Below are positions 8,658 to 18,338 of a stretch of DNA of 64,000 bases, one piece after another (positions within the stretch are counted from its first letter, which is position 1; each line of letters starts with the position of its first letter). The notes under the pieces are model-generated. The model ran no database searches, was not told where the DNA came from, and saw nothing but the letters and a program-made list of their open reading frames with translations. Source of the stretch: an uncultured delta proteobacterium (lineage in GTDB: Bacteria > Myxococcota > Myxococcia > Myxococcales > 40CM-4-68-19); NCBI GenBank assembly GCA_903911145.1, contig CAIWCD010000015.1, positions 1 to 64,000 of the forward strand, written 5' to 3'. The translations under genes and the position numbers were made by a program.

Positions 8658-10886
8658 CTACGAGGGCAGGCCCTCGGACTGCGCGGAAAGCGTTGCTGGG
8701 CGCGGATCTGCGCTTGCGGCGCCGTTGCCGCTCCCGTTCACCGCAGGCGTCGGGGTCACGCTCGCGATGCTCGAGATTCCGCCGTTCGGTGCGCTGGCCG
8801 TCGCGGCCGCGCCCGGCACCTGCACGACCACCGCAGGCGCCCTGCCCTGCTCCCGGCGCTCGCGCTCGCGCTCCTTGTAACGACGGATCGCGCCGCTGAG
8901 GATTTCGCTGATCAGCCCGTTGTACGAGATGCCAGCGGCGTCGCTGATCATCACCAGATCGCTCCAGCCAGGCGTCAGTCCGGGGAGAGGATTGCACTCG
9001 AGAAAGTAGACCTTCCCCGACTCGTCCATGCGGAAGTCGACGCGGGCCACGTCGCGGCAGCCGAGCGCGATGAAGCAGTCGCGCGCCGCCTTCTCAAGGG
9101 CCTTCTGCTGTGCGGGCTCGACCTTCGCGGGCACGTCGTAGCGAATCTTCTTCGACCAATCCTGCTTGTGCTCGAACGAGTAGACCGGGTGGATGTCGCC
9201 CTTGTCGAGAAAGACGACCTCCATCGGCGGGAGAACCTTGGGGCGACGCTCGCCGAGCAGGCCGACGGTAAATTCGCGTCCACGAATATAGTCTTCGATG
9301 AGCGCAGGCTGATCGTACTTGGCGATCATCTCGCGCGCCGCCTCGCGCAACTCCGATTCGTTCTCACAGACGCTGGTTGGATGCACGCCCTTGCTCGAGC
9401 CTTCGGCGACGGGCTTGACGATGAGCGGAAAGCGCACGTCGCGCGGCAGGCGCTCCTTGCCTGTCGTCATCGTGAAGAAGTTGGGCGTGAGAATTCCGTT
9501 CTGCCGGACGATGCGCTTGGCGAGCGCCTTGTCGAGCGCGATCGACATCGTCGCCGGGTCGGACCCCGAGTAGGGAATGTCGAGAAGCTCGAGCAGCGCA
9601 GGCACCTGGCTCTCGCGATTGCGGCCCTTGATTCCCTCGGCCATGTTGAAGACGAGATCGACCGGCGTCGTCGCAAGCACAGTGGGAAGCTCGGGTGTCG
9701 CCTCGAGATCGACCACCTCGTGACCTGCACTTGCGATCGCCTCGCGAATCGCCTGCAGCGTCTGCGGCGAGTCGTACTCGGCCTCATCGTCCTTCGAGCC
9801 GTCGATCTGCGGCTTGATGCGCTTGACGTTGAAGGTGAAGCCCACGCGCAGCGGGCCCGCGCGGCGCGGCGGCCGGCTCTTCGCCTTCTTCGGATCGTTG
9901 ATCCCCCAGCGAGCCACCGCGCTCTCGATCACCTTCGCGAGCAAGCCGTCCGTGTGGATCCCCTCGAGCGCGGCGGCCGCGTAGATCCCAGCGCCCGGCT
10001 CCAGGCTCGGCAGCGCGTTGACCTCGATGAAGTAGACCTGGCCGTCCTCGCCGACGCGAAAATCGATGCGTCCAAGATCGCGGCAGCCGAGCGCCTTGTA
10101 GGCCGCGCGCGCCATCTCCTGCGCCCGCTTGAGAATGTGCTCGTCGAACTGCGCCGGGCAGCGCACCGAGACCGCGTTCTCGTGCTCCGACTTCAGGTCG
10201 TAGTCGTAGATCCTGTACTTGCGCTTCTTCATCTCCGCTTCGTCGAAGATGTACTCGGTCGGCGTCAGCACGCCGTCGCGCCCGTTCTCGACCCGCTCGA
10301 GAAACGCGACGGTCAGATCGGTGCCGGGGATGTACTCCTCCACGATCACTCCTGCGGGGAATCGCGCGAGCTGCTTCTCCACAAGCGCGCGCAGCTTGCC
10401 GCGCTCCTCGCAGATCGAGTCTTGCGTGATGCCTTTCGAGCTGCCTTCGAAGTTCGGCTTCACCATGATCGGGAAGCGCCAGCCATCGAGCTTCAAGTCG
10501 GCGAGCGACTCGATGAACTGGCCCTTGGGCGAAATGACGCCGTACTCGCGCAGCATCAGCTTCGTAAGCGCCTTATCGAGCGTGACGGCAAGGACCCACG
10601 CGTCGCTGCCCGTGTAGGGGAAGCCGAGTTCGTCGAAGAGCGCCGGATAGAACGCCTCGCGGAAGCGGCCGCGGCGACCCTCGGCGATGTTGAAGATCAG
10701 ATCGGGCGCGAAGGCTTCGAGGCGCGCGGCAGTGCGGCTCGCCGGGCCGGAGACCTCGACGCGCTCGACCCGATGGCCGAGGCGTTCGAGCGCGGCGGTG
10801 AGCGCGTCGATCGTCTCGCGCGAGTCGAACTCGGCCTCATCTTCAGAGTCGGAGAGGCGCAGATTGTGGGTCAATGCGAGACGCAT
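8658..10886 (-). CDS. Tandem double ATP-grasp ligase (D-Ala-D-Ala ligase family-like)
   Basis: Two full copies of FNxAEG, YxGSD, LDKAL, VKPxxEGSSKG, RxDFR and ExNxLP. Confidence 0.9.
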   Translation of the reverse strand: MRLALTHNLRLSDSEDEAEFDSRETIDALTAALERLGHRVERVEVSGPASRTAARLEAFAPDLIFNIAEGRRGRFREAFYPALFDELGFPYTGSDAWVLAVTLDKALTKLMLREYGVISPKGQFIESLADLKLDGWRFPIMVKPNFEGSSKGITQDSICEERGKLRALVEKQLARFPAGVIVEEYIPGTDLTVAFLERVENGRDGVLTPTEYIFDEAEMKKRKYRIYDYDLKSEHENAVSVRCPAQFDEHILKRAQEMARAAYKALGCRDLGRIDFRVGEDGQVYFIEVNALPSLEPGAGIYAAAALEGIHTDGLLAKVIESAVARWGINDPKKAKSRPPRRAGPLRVGFTFNVKRIKPQIDGSKDDEAEYDSPQTLQAIREAIASAGHEVVDLEATPELPTVLATTPVDLVFNMAEGIKGRNRESQVPALLELLDIPYSGSDPATMSIALDKALAKRIVRQNGILTPNFFTMTTGKERLPRDVRFPLIVKPVAEGSSKGVHPTSVCENESELREAAREMIAKYDQPALIEDYIRGREFTVGLLGERRPKVLPPMEVVFLDKGDIHPVYSFEHKQDWSKKIRYDVPAKVEPAQQKALEKAARDCFIALGCRDVARVDFRMDESGKVYFLECNPLPGLTPGWSDLVMISDAAGISYNGLISEILSGAIRRYKERERERREQGRAPAVVVQVPGAAATASAPNGGISSIASVTPTPAVNGSGNGAASADPRPATLSAQSEGLPS

Positions 10887-11500
10887 GCAGGATCCTCGGA
10901 CGGGTGACCGGAGAGCGAATCAGGAGAGAGGTGCGCGCGCGGCATGCGCGGAACTGCGCCGAGGGCAGAGGCGGCGCGCGGGCGAAGGATGGACGTCGCG
11001 GCGGGAAGGCCGAGAGGGATCGAGGCGTCGATCACCTGGGTGCCCGCGAGAAGATCGCCCAGGCGGCGACGGCCGAGATCTCGCGTGAGAGGCGAGAGCG
11101 CAACGCCGGCCTCGAGGGCTGCAACACCGATGACCGCAGCGGCGGCCCAGCAGAGCGCGGCGAAAGATCCGGCGGCGACCGGAAGCACGGCGATCGCGAA
11201 GAGTGCGTTGCGGCGCATCGACGCGGTGATGCCACCGGGCTGGCGCTTGTGGAGCACGACGACGCGCAACCCTGCGAGCCGCTTGCCGAGCGAACGCCCC
11301 GGTCCGAAGAGCCGATCCGCACAGAGCACCAGCGCCGCAACCGTCAGCGCGGCAGCAACCGGGCGCCGCATCGGCCCCAGCAGCACGAAGGGAGCCGCGA
11401 CTGCGAGCGCATCAAGGATGCGGGCGAGCAGGCGCGGCCAGAGCGCGGCCGGGGGATAGTCGTTCGGCCGCTCGGGCGGACCTGGAGGTTCGGAAAACAC
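10871..11500 (-). CDS. RDD family membrane protein
   Basis: RLLARILD, SLGKRLAGLRVV, RRLGDLLAGTQVI. Confidence 0.88.
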   Translation of the reverse strand: MFSEPPGPPERPNDYPPAALWPRLLARILDALAVAAPFVLLGPMRRPVAAALTVAALVLCADRLFGPGRSLGKRLAGLRVVVLHKRQPGGITASMRRNALFAIAVLPVAAGSFAALCWAAAAVIGVAALEAGVALSPLTRDLGRRRLGDLLAGTQVIDASIPLGLPAATSILRPRAASALGAVPRMPRAHLSPDSLSGHPSEDPACVSH

Positions 11501-11501
11501 G

Positions 11502-12491
11502 TCAAGCGCCCAGCCAGCGGGCGGCGTCGAGCGCGCTGTACGTAATGATCAGATCTGCTCCCGCGCGCCGCATTGACGTGAGCAACTCAAGACAGACCCG
11601 CTGCTCGTCGATCCATCCGTTCTGCGCCGCAGCCTTGAGCATCGAGTATTCGCCGCTGACGTTGTACGCCGCGAGCGGCTTGTCGCTGAGACGACGAACC
11701 TCCGCGATGATGTCGAGGTACGAGAGCGCGGGTTTGACCATCAGCATGTCCGCGCCCTCCTCGATGTCGAGAAGCGCTTCGCGCCGAGCCTCGCGCACAT
11801 TTGCCGGATCCATCTGGTAGCCACGCCGATCGCCCTCTTTCGGAGTGCTCTGCGCTGCTTCGCGAAACGGTCCATAGAAGCCGCTCGCGTACTTCACGGC
11901 GTAGCTCATGATCGGCGTGTCGCTCAAGCCGTTGCCGTCGAGGCCCGCGCGCAGGGCAGCGATGCGTCCATCCATCATGTCGCTCGGCGCGATGATGTCC
12001 GCGCCACTCTTCGCGCAGGCCACAGCAGCACGTGCGAGCAGCGGCAGCGTCGCGTCGTTCGCGACCGAGAGATGACCGCGCGCATCGCGCTCCAGCGGAC
12101 CACAGTGACCGTGATCAGTATATTCGCATAAGCAGATATCCGCGACGAGGACCAGTTCGGGAACGGCGTCCTTGATCGCACGCAGAGCCGTGCAGACAGG
12201 GCCCGCCTCGTCCCACGCCCCAGAGCCCTGGGGATCCTTCGCATCAGGGATCCCGAAGAGGATGAGTGAAGGAATGCCCAGCCCATGCGCGACCCGCGCC
12301 TCCTCGACGGCGACGTCGACCGAGAGGTTCGCCACGCCGGGCATCGAGCTGATCGGGCGCCGGATACCGCGCCCCGGCGTCACGAACAGCGGATAGATGA
12401 AGTCGCCCGGCTCGAGCGCGGTCTCCCGCACCATTCGACGAAGCGTTTCACTCTTGCGCAGCCGACGCGGACGCTCAACAGGATAGGCCAT
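11502..12491 (-). CDS. hemB: Porphobilinogen synthase
   Basis: [50 protein letters not shown]. Confidence 0.98.
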   Translation of the reverse strand: MAYPVERPRRLRKSETLRRMVRETALEPGDFIYPLFVTPGRGIRRPISSMPGVANLSVDVAVEEARVAHGLGIPSLILFGIPDAKDPQGSGAWDEAGPVCTALRAIKDAVPELVLVADICLCEYTDHGHCGPLERDARGHLSVANDATLPLLARAAVACAKSGADIIAPSDMMDGRIAALRAGLDGNGLSDTPIMSYAVKYASGFYGPFREAAQSTPKEGDRRGYQMDPANVREARREALLDIEEGADMLMVKPALSYLDIIAEVRRLSDKPLAAYNVSGEYSMLKAAAQNGWIDEQRVCLELLTSMRRAGADLIITYSALDAARWLGA

Positions 12492-12503
12492 GGGATCTTT
12501 GAA

Positions 12504-13388
12504 CTAGAGTTTCCAGCGCACGCCGAGGGTCAGCGCGTTTTCGCGATCCTCGATGAGGAGTGCCTGGTTCGGCAGAGAATTGCCGAGGATGGTGCTGCCG
12601 CTCAAGGAAGTGTGCCAGCGGGTGAAGTCGTAGCCGACATCGAGCGCAACATCGCGCGTCAGGTCGAGTGAGAATTGCAGCCTCGCGCGCAGTTCGCTGG
12701 CGTCGGAGAGAATGCCGAGATCACGCTCCGCTGCGTAAGGAATCGGCGCGAGTGCGGCCTCCGCAAAGAGGGAGAGAGTCAGCTGCGGGAGCAGGCGGAA
12801 CTCGAGTTCCATGTTCGAGAGGACGCCGAGCACACCGATGGTGGGCGCGCCGCCCGACGCGCGGCCGTACTGGTAGCGGGTGATTGCGCCGACGGATGCG
12901 AAGACGGTGAAGCGGGAGGTGATGCGGGTCGCCGCGCCCACCATCGCGCGCAGGGTGAAATCCGTGCCCGTACTGCCCGCGAACGCGTACTGCGAATCAC
13001 TCTTGAACTGGCCGCCCTCGAGTTCGACGCGACCGACGAACGGGATGTCCGGATCAAACAGAAACGTGTAGCGGGCCAGACCACGGAGGGCCTGGAGTTT
13101 GTCGCTGCCGAACTTGTCGCCGCCTGCGCCGGTATCGATGCGAACCGAGAGCAGGGTCGGCTTCCACGCGATGAGAATTCCCGTCGGTACGGGAGACGGG
13201 ACAACAATCGGCGTCTCTGGAGCATCGAGGTTGGCGTCGATTCCCTCGCGTGCAGTCGCCACGGGCTGCGCGGGCGGCGCGTCGGTCGCGCTCGTCGTCT
13301 CCGCGGCGCGGGCTGGTTGCGCGAGCGTGAGTGAAGCAAGCGCGAGGAAGCAGGCAGAAGAGAGTCGTGAGAGCGCGGGCGTCGTCAT
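12504..13388 (-). CDS. Putative outer-membrane beta-barrel protein
   Basis: Signal peptide (..AQPARA), alternating amphipathic strands, C-terminus LTLGVRWKL. Confidence 0.65.
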   Translation of the reverse strand: MTTPALSRLSSACFLALASLTLAQPARAAETTSATDAPPAQPVATAREGIDANLDAPETPIVVPSPVPTGILIAWKPTLLSVRIDTGAGGDKFGSDKLQALRGLARYTFLFDPDIPFVGRVELEGGQFKSDSQYAFAGSTGTDFTLRAMVGAATRITSRFTVFASVGAITRYQYGRASGGAPTIGVLGVLSNMELEFRLLPQLTLSLFAEAALAPIPYAAERDLGILSDASELRARLQFSLDLTRDVALDVGYDFTRWHTSLSGSTILGNSLPNQALLIEDRENALTLGVRWKL

Positions 13389-13978
13389 CGGGGTTGCGAC
13401 GATAGCGGAGATCGCGCCGACGTGCTCACACCATAGAGTCCGCCCTCGGCGATCTGTTCGAGAACGGCGCGCGGGACGAGGCCCGCCAGAGGGGAGCCTG
13501 CAGCGAGGCGGGCGCGCACGTCAGTCGAGGAGATCTCGGGAAGCACTGCCGCGGGGAGGTCCGGCAACTCGTGTCCCTTGCGCTGCACCCGGATGATGCG
13601 CGCGAGTTCGCTGACGCGATCGAACCGCTTCCAGAGCGCTGTCTCCTGAAGGATGTCGGAGCCCATCACCAGCGCGAAGCGGTCGAGAGGATGCTCGAGC
13701 GTGAGCATCTCAAGAAGATCGACAGTGCGCCCGTCTCCTCCGACCCGCTCCTCCGCCCGGGAGATGCGCGTGCGCGCGAGCCCGAGTGAAGCGACGGCCT
13801 TCTCGCAGAGAGAAACGCGCTGATCGAATGAAGCTCCGAACCGCTTGCCGAACGGATGGTCGCGCACCGGAACGAACCAGAGTTCGTCGATCGGCTCGGT
13901 CATCAAGAGCCACGCAGCAGTGAGCAGGTGGCCAACGTGCGGCGGATCGAAGCTGCCGCCGAAGATCGCGATCTCCAT
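13385..13978 (-). CDS. nadD: Nicotinate-nucleotide adenylyltransferase
   Basis: IAIFGGSFDPPHVGH, MGSD, WK, ISSTDVR. Confidence 0.93.
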   Translation of the reverse strand: MEIAIFGGSFDPPHVGHLLTAAWLLMTEPIDELWFVPVRDHPFGKRFGASFDQRVSLCEKAVASLGLARTRISRAEERVGGDGRTVDLLEMLTLEHPLDRFALVMGSDILQETALWKRFDRVSELARIIRVQRKGHELPDLPAAVLPEISSTDVRARLAAGSPLAGLVPRAVLEQIAEGGLYGVSTSARSPLSSQPR

Positions 13979-14041
13979 GCGCGCAGACACTACCCGCACG
14001 CCTTCGCGGCGCGAAGTGGCGCCTGCGATCGCGAGCGCCGA

Positions 14042-15274
14042 TCAGTAGAGGAGCGCGGCGCTTCTCCGAGCGACGAAGGCCTCGCGCTCGCCTGCCCACG
14101 CCGAGCAGAGTGAATCGACAGACGCGCCCTCTTCGACGCTCTTGCGAAACGCGGCCGAGCCGGTCAGCAGATCGATCGCAGGGATGGTGTCGACGAACTC
14201 GTACTTCTCCGTCCGCCAGGCAAATCGCTCAGGCGCCTGCGCGCGTGCGTGCACGATGCAGGCGACGCCGAGCCGGACCGCATCGACTTCGCGCGGAGCA
14301 TCGATGTGAATCTGCACGCCGCCGCAGCGAACCTTCGCGTGCTTGTCCCACGTCGGCGTGAACGAGCAGGAGCGGAAGCGAACGCCAGGCAGCTTCTCAT
14401 CGTCGAGCGAATCGGCGAGCGCGTGCCCGTCCAGCCAGGGCGCACCGAACAACTCGAACGGCCGCGTCGTGCCGCGCCCTTCGCTCAGGTTCGTGCCTTC
14501 GAGGAGACACATGCCGGGATAGATGAGCGCCGTGTCGGGCGTCGGCATGTTCGGCGAGGGCATCACCCACGGCAGTCCCGTGTCGCGAAAGTGCATGCCG
14601 CGATTCCAACCGAGCATCGGAACCACAGCGAGCTCGCAACCGATGTTGAAGCCTCCGCGCTCCGTCGGACGCTGCAGCATCGCCGCCATCTCCCCGGCAG
14701 TCAGGCCGTGGCGAGCCGACATCGGCCAGAGGCCAACGAACGACTCGAAGCCCGGATGAACGATGCCGCCCTCAACCGCGAGGCCACCGATGGGATTTGG
14801 ACGATCGAGCACAACGAACTTGAGGTCATGCCTGGCCGCCGCCTGCATGCACAGCCCCATCGTCGCCAGGTAGGTGTAGTAGCGGCTGCCGACGTCCTGG
14901 ATGTCGAAGACGAGCGCGTCGAGGCCGCGCAGTTGCTCCTCGGTGGGCGTGAGCGACGCGAAATCTTTTCCGTAGAGCGAGTGTGCGGGAAGGCCTGTGC
15001 GCTCATCGACGGCCGTGTCGATCTCCTCGAGGTACTGCACGTCACCGCGCACGCCATGCTCGGGGCCAAAGAGAGAGACGAGGTCGACGCCCATCTCGCG
15101 CGCAGGGCCGTGCAGGAGGTCCGCGAGGTGGTTGAGTGCGGGGTCGAGGCTCGTCGGGTTGAGGATCGCGCCGACGCGCAAGCCCTTGAGCAGTGCGCAT
15201 TCGCTGCGCAGCAGCACTTCGACTCCGAGGATGGTGCGCGAGAATTTCTGCGGCTGGCCGACGGGCGCGCTCAC
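14042..15274 (-). CDS. DUF1343 / NamZ-like exo-beta-N-acetylmuramidase
   Basis: LFGPEHGVRG, FDIQDVGSRYYTY, VLDRPNP, PSPNMP, SEGRGTTRPFE; GTG start overlaps the upstream TGA. Confidence 0.92.
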   Translation of the reverse strand: MSAPVGQPQKFSRTILGVEVLLRSECALLKGLRVGAILNPTSLDPALNHLADLLHGPAREMGVDLVSLFGPEHGVRGDVQYLEEIDTAVDERTGLPAHSLYGKDFASLTPTEEQLRGLDALVFDIQDVGSRYYTYLATMGLCMQAAARHDLKFVVLDRPNPIGGLAVEGGIVHPGFESFVGLWPMSARHGLTAGEMAAMLQRPTERGGFNIGCELAVVPMLGWNRGMHFRDTGLPWVMPSPNMPTPDTALIYPGMCLLEGTNLSEGRGTTRPFELFGAPWLDGHALADSLDDEKLPGVRFRSCSFTPTWDKHAKVRCGGVQIHIDAPREVDAVRLGVACIVHARAQAPERFAWRTEKYEFVDTIPAIDLLTGSAAFRKSVEEGASVDSLCSAWAGEREAFVARRSAALLY

Positions 15275-16917
15275 AGGCCACCCACGCCGGTGACGCGCGC
15301 TGGAGCCGCGACAGGCTTCTCCTTGCTCTTGCGCCGCGGCTGTTCCACGACCTCGACCATGTGCTTGCGGGGCGGCGCGAGCTCGTACTTGAGGGTGAGC
15401 GACTTCTTCGCTTTCGGCCACTCTCCTTCGCGCAGCGCCGCCACCAACTGCTGCGTCAACTCTGGCTCGTGGAGCGTGTCCTCGGTGACCTCAACGGCAT
15501 CGCTCGAGCCTGCACTGCTGATCTTCAACACCACCGTGATCTTCCCGGCGAGTTCGGGCTTGAGCGCACGCCGCTGCTCGTAGAGCTCGGTCAGATGGCG
15601 AGAGCTGACGTTGTAGATTCCATCCGGATTCGCCGCGACCAGCGGGCGCGCAGGGAGCTGCAGGCGTGAGCGCAATGCGGCCAGCTCTGCTCGCGCACGC
15701 TCGACGGCACCCTTCGCTTCTGGATGCGTCGAACCCGCCGCCGCGGCCTTGAGTTCATCGAGCTGCCCGAGCAGATCGCTCGCTTCGCCTCTGCGCGTCG
15801 CGAGCGTGAGGTGAGCGCCGGCGTCCTTCGCATCGAAGCCAAGCAGCGCCCGGGCAAACTCTTCGATACCCGCTCCATCGTGAGCCGCGACGCGCAGATT
15901 GAACAGGCGCACGACGATGTTTCGATCGCGCGGATCGATCCGGCGCCAGCGTCGGAGTGCCTGCTCCTCACCCGCAGTATCCTTGAGAGCGCGCTTGCAG
16001 GCCGCGAGCCCGCTCCAGGTGTCCTTGGTGGCATCACCACGCCCGACCGCTGCCTCGTATGCGACGACGGCACCCGCGTAGTTGCCGCGTGCACGCCGAA
16101 GCGCGGCCAGTTTGCGCAGCGTCGGCACATCGCGCGGATTCATCTGCGAGAGCGCCTCAACGGCCTCCAGCGCGGCCACCGTGTCGCCTGACGCTTCTGC
16201 AGCAGCGGCGAGCCACAGCCGGGCTTCGTAGAGATCGGCCGACGCATTGAGTGCGCGCTGGTAGGCCTGTCGCAACTCGTCCTTGTTCGCACCCGCGTCA
16301 TCGGCCAGTTGAGCGAGCAGCAGCAACGCCCGCGCGTCGTTCGCATCTCGAGCAAGCACCTGCTCGGCATCGGCCTTCGCCGCAGTCGCATCACCGAAGA
16401 TCCGCTCGCTGACAGCGCGCTCGACCAGCGCGATCGGATGCTGCGGCGCGATCTTGAGCGCGCGAGCAAAACTCTTCTCTGCCTGATCGCGGATGTGCCA
16501 GCGCACATAGACGTGGCCCATACCGATGTCGCCCCACGGCTCCTTCGGGAACTCGAGCGAGAGCTGCTTGAAGAGCGGCCAGGCGATGTCGTCGCTCGGC
16601 TCGGACAGCGCAGCGACAAACCGCTCGAGAGACGTCGCTCCAGGCAGAGCCTTCTCCGGTGGGCCGCCTCGCCGCGCAACTGCGAATGCGCGCAGCATCG
16701 CGTCCTTCAACGGCTGCAGCGGATCGGGGGGGGCCAAGCTGGCAGCTGGCGCGGACACCGCCGGAATCGCTGGCGGCGCGGCGCTGGGAGAAGGAGGAGC
16801 AGGCGCGTCGGCGTCATTCGGCGCATCGGACTCCTGCGCAGCTGGCGCAGAAGCGGCCGCGTCGACAGGATCGACGGCAAGCAGGAGAAGAAGCGCGCTG
16901 GTCAGAGGGGCGAGCAC
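15271..16917 (-). CDS. Exported TPR protein with C-terminal AgmX/PglI (TonB-C-like) domain
   Basis: Hydrophobic N-terminus, Pro/Ala linker, many TPRs, then LYEQRRALKPELAGKITVVLKISSAG...EWPK; start uncertain (ORF open to 17010). Confidence 0.75.
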   Translation of the reverse strand: MLAPLTSALLLLLAVDPVDAAASAPAAQESDAPNDADAPAPPSPSAAPPAIPAVSAPAASLAPPDPLQPLKDAMLRAFAVARRGGPPEKALPGATSLERFVAALSEPSDDIAWPLFKQLSLEFPKEPWGDIGMGHVYVRWHIRDQAEKSFARALKIAPQHPIALVERAVSERIFGDATAAKADAEQVLARDANDARALLLLAQLADDAGANKDELRQAYQRALNASADLYEARLWLAAAAEASGDTVAALEAVEALSQMNPRDVPTLRKLAALRRARGNYAGAVVAYEAAVGRGDATKDTWSGLAACKRALKDTAGEEQALRRWRRIDPRDRNIVVRLFNLRVAAHDGAGIEEFARALLGFDAKDAGAHLTLATRRGEASDLLGQLDELKAAAAGSTHPEAKGAVERARAELAALRSRLQLPARPLVAANPDGIYNVSSRHLTELYEQRRALKPELAGKITVVLKISSAGSSDAVEVTEDTLHEPELTQQLVAALREGEWPKAKKSLTLKYELAPPRKHMVEVVEQPRRKSKEKPVAAPARVTGVGGL

Positions 16918-17047
16918 GGCGAGAACATCGCGCGAAAGGGTCTGCTTGACCAGCAGGGAAACGCGCTGTCGAGCGGAGACAATCGCGCAACAAACATTCT
17001 CTCTTCCCAAGACTCACGTCCGTGTCATTGTCGGCCCGAGGGTTCGA

Positions 17048-18313
17048 ATGGATCTGCCGCCCACACCTGAAGCCCCTGCGCTCGCCCCCGGCACCGTCGT
17101 TGGCTCGGTCTATGAGATCCGCCATCTCCTCGGCCAGGGCGGGATGGGCCACGTCTACGAGGCCCTCGATCGCGACCTGCTGCGGATCGTCGCGCTCAAG
17201 CTCGGCACCAACGCGCCGGGGCACCCCTCTGTGCGCGAAGAGGCGCGGGCGCTCGCAGCGATCAGCAACCCGTGCGTCGTCGCGGTGCACTGCATTGGTC
17301 GCCACGTCGACACCGAGTTCTTCGTCATGGAGCGCGTCTACGGACTGAGCCTCGAGCAGCGCATCGAGGATCTCAACTCGCGCTCCGCGTTGACCGAGGT
17401 CTCCGCGGCCATCGAGTTGCTCGCGTCCATCGCAGACGGCCTCGCGATCGTCCACGAGGCCGGGATCGTCCATTGGGATCTCAAGCCGGCCAACGTGATG
17501 CTCGCGCCCAAGGGCCGCGTGGTGCTGCTCGACTTCGGCGTCTTCGTGCCGTTCTTCGCGGCAGCCGACGCGCCGATGTTTCGCGGGACGCCCGCCTACA
17601 GCGCGCCCGAGGCGACCCAGAGCACCGTCGCGCCCGACGAGGCGCACCTGGTGGATGTCTACGCGCTGGGCGTCCTCGCGTGGGAACTGCTCACGGGTGC
17701 ACCGCCGTTCCTCGGTCCGACGATCGAAGCAATCTGGAAGGATCACGAGCGCACGCCGCTTCCGTCGCTGCGCGAACGCCGCCCGGATGTGCCGGATGCG
17801 CTCGCAGATCTGATCTCCGAGATGTCTGCCAAGTCTCCGTCAGATCGTCCGCCGCACATGTCCGAGGTGGCGCGCCGTCTGCGTGCGCTTTCCGAGCCGG
17901 GCTCGGAGGAGCGCGAGCAGCGCCCTGCGCGAATTCTCATCGTCGAAGATGAGCCGGCAACGCAGAAGGTCCTCGACTTCTTCGTGCGGAAGACCGCGCC
18001 CCATGCGGAGTTGCGCATCGTCTCGCGCAGCGACGAGGCGCTGCGCCTGTTGCGCACGTTCACACCCGATCTGATGCTGCTCGATCTCAAACTGCCCGAC
18101 GGCAATGGGATCGATCTCTGCCTGCATATGCGTTCGCTGCGTCTCGCCGAGCGGTGCCGGATCGTGCCGGTGAGCGCCACTGCGGAGCAGATCGATCGCC
18201 GCCTGCAGCTGCAGCTGGGCCTGACGCACACAGTGAAGAAGGGGCCGGGCGCGCTCGATCAGATTGGCGCCGTGATTCACGAGACGGCGCGACTGCTGGC
18301 TCTCTCGCTCTGA
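17048..18313 (+). CDS. Hanks-type Ser/Thr kinase fused to a C-terminal receiver domain
   Basis: GQGGMGHVY, VALK, HWDLKPAN, DFG, APE; receiver ILIVEDE...LMLLDLKLPDGNG. Confidence 0.92.
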   Translation: MDLPPTPEAPALAPGTVVGSVYEIRHLLGQGGMGHVYEALDRDLLRIVALKLGTNAPGHPSVREEARALAAISNPCVVAVHCIGRHVDTEFFVMERVYGLSLEQRIEDLNSRSALTEVSAAIELLASIADGLAIVHEAGIVHWDLKPANVMLAPKGRVVLLDFGVFVPFFAAADAPMFRGTPAYSAPEATQSTVAPDEAHLVDVYALGVLAWELLTGAPPFLGPTIEAIWKDHERTPLPSLRERRPDVPDALADLISEMSAKSPSDRPPHMSEVARRLRALSEPGSEEREQRPARILIVEDEPATQKVLDFFVRKTAPHAELRIVSRSDEALRLLRTFTPDLMLLDLKLPDGNGIDLCLHMRSLRLAERCRIVPVSATAEQIDRRLQLQLGLTHTVKKGPGALDQIGAVIHETARLLALSL

Positions 18314-18338
18314 GACTTGCAGCGCGCGCGCGACGCGA

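Noticed and set aside
8658..10886. Naming the ligase ddl
   Set aside because: Duplicated domains, missing canonical Ddl signatures, no cell-wall gene context
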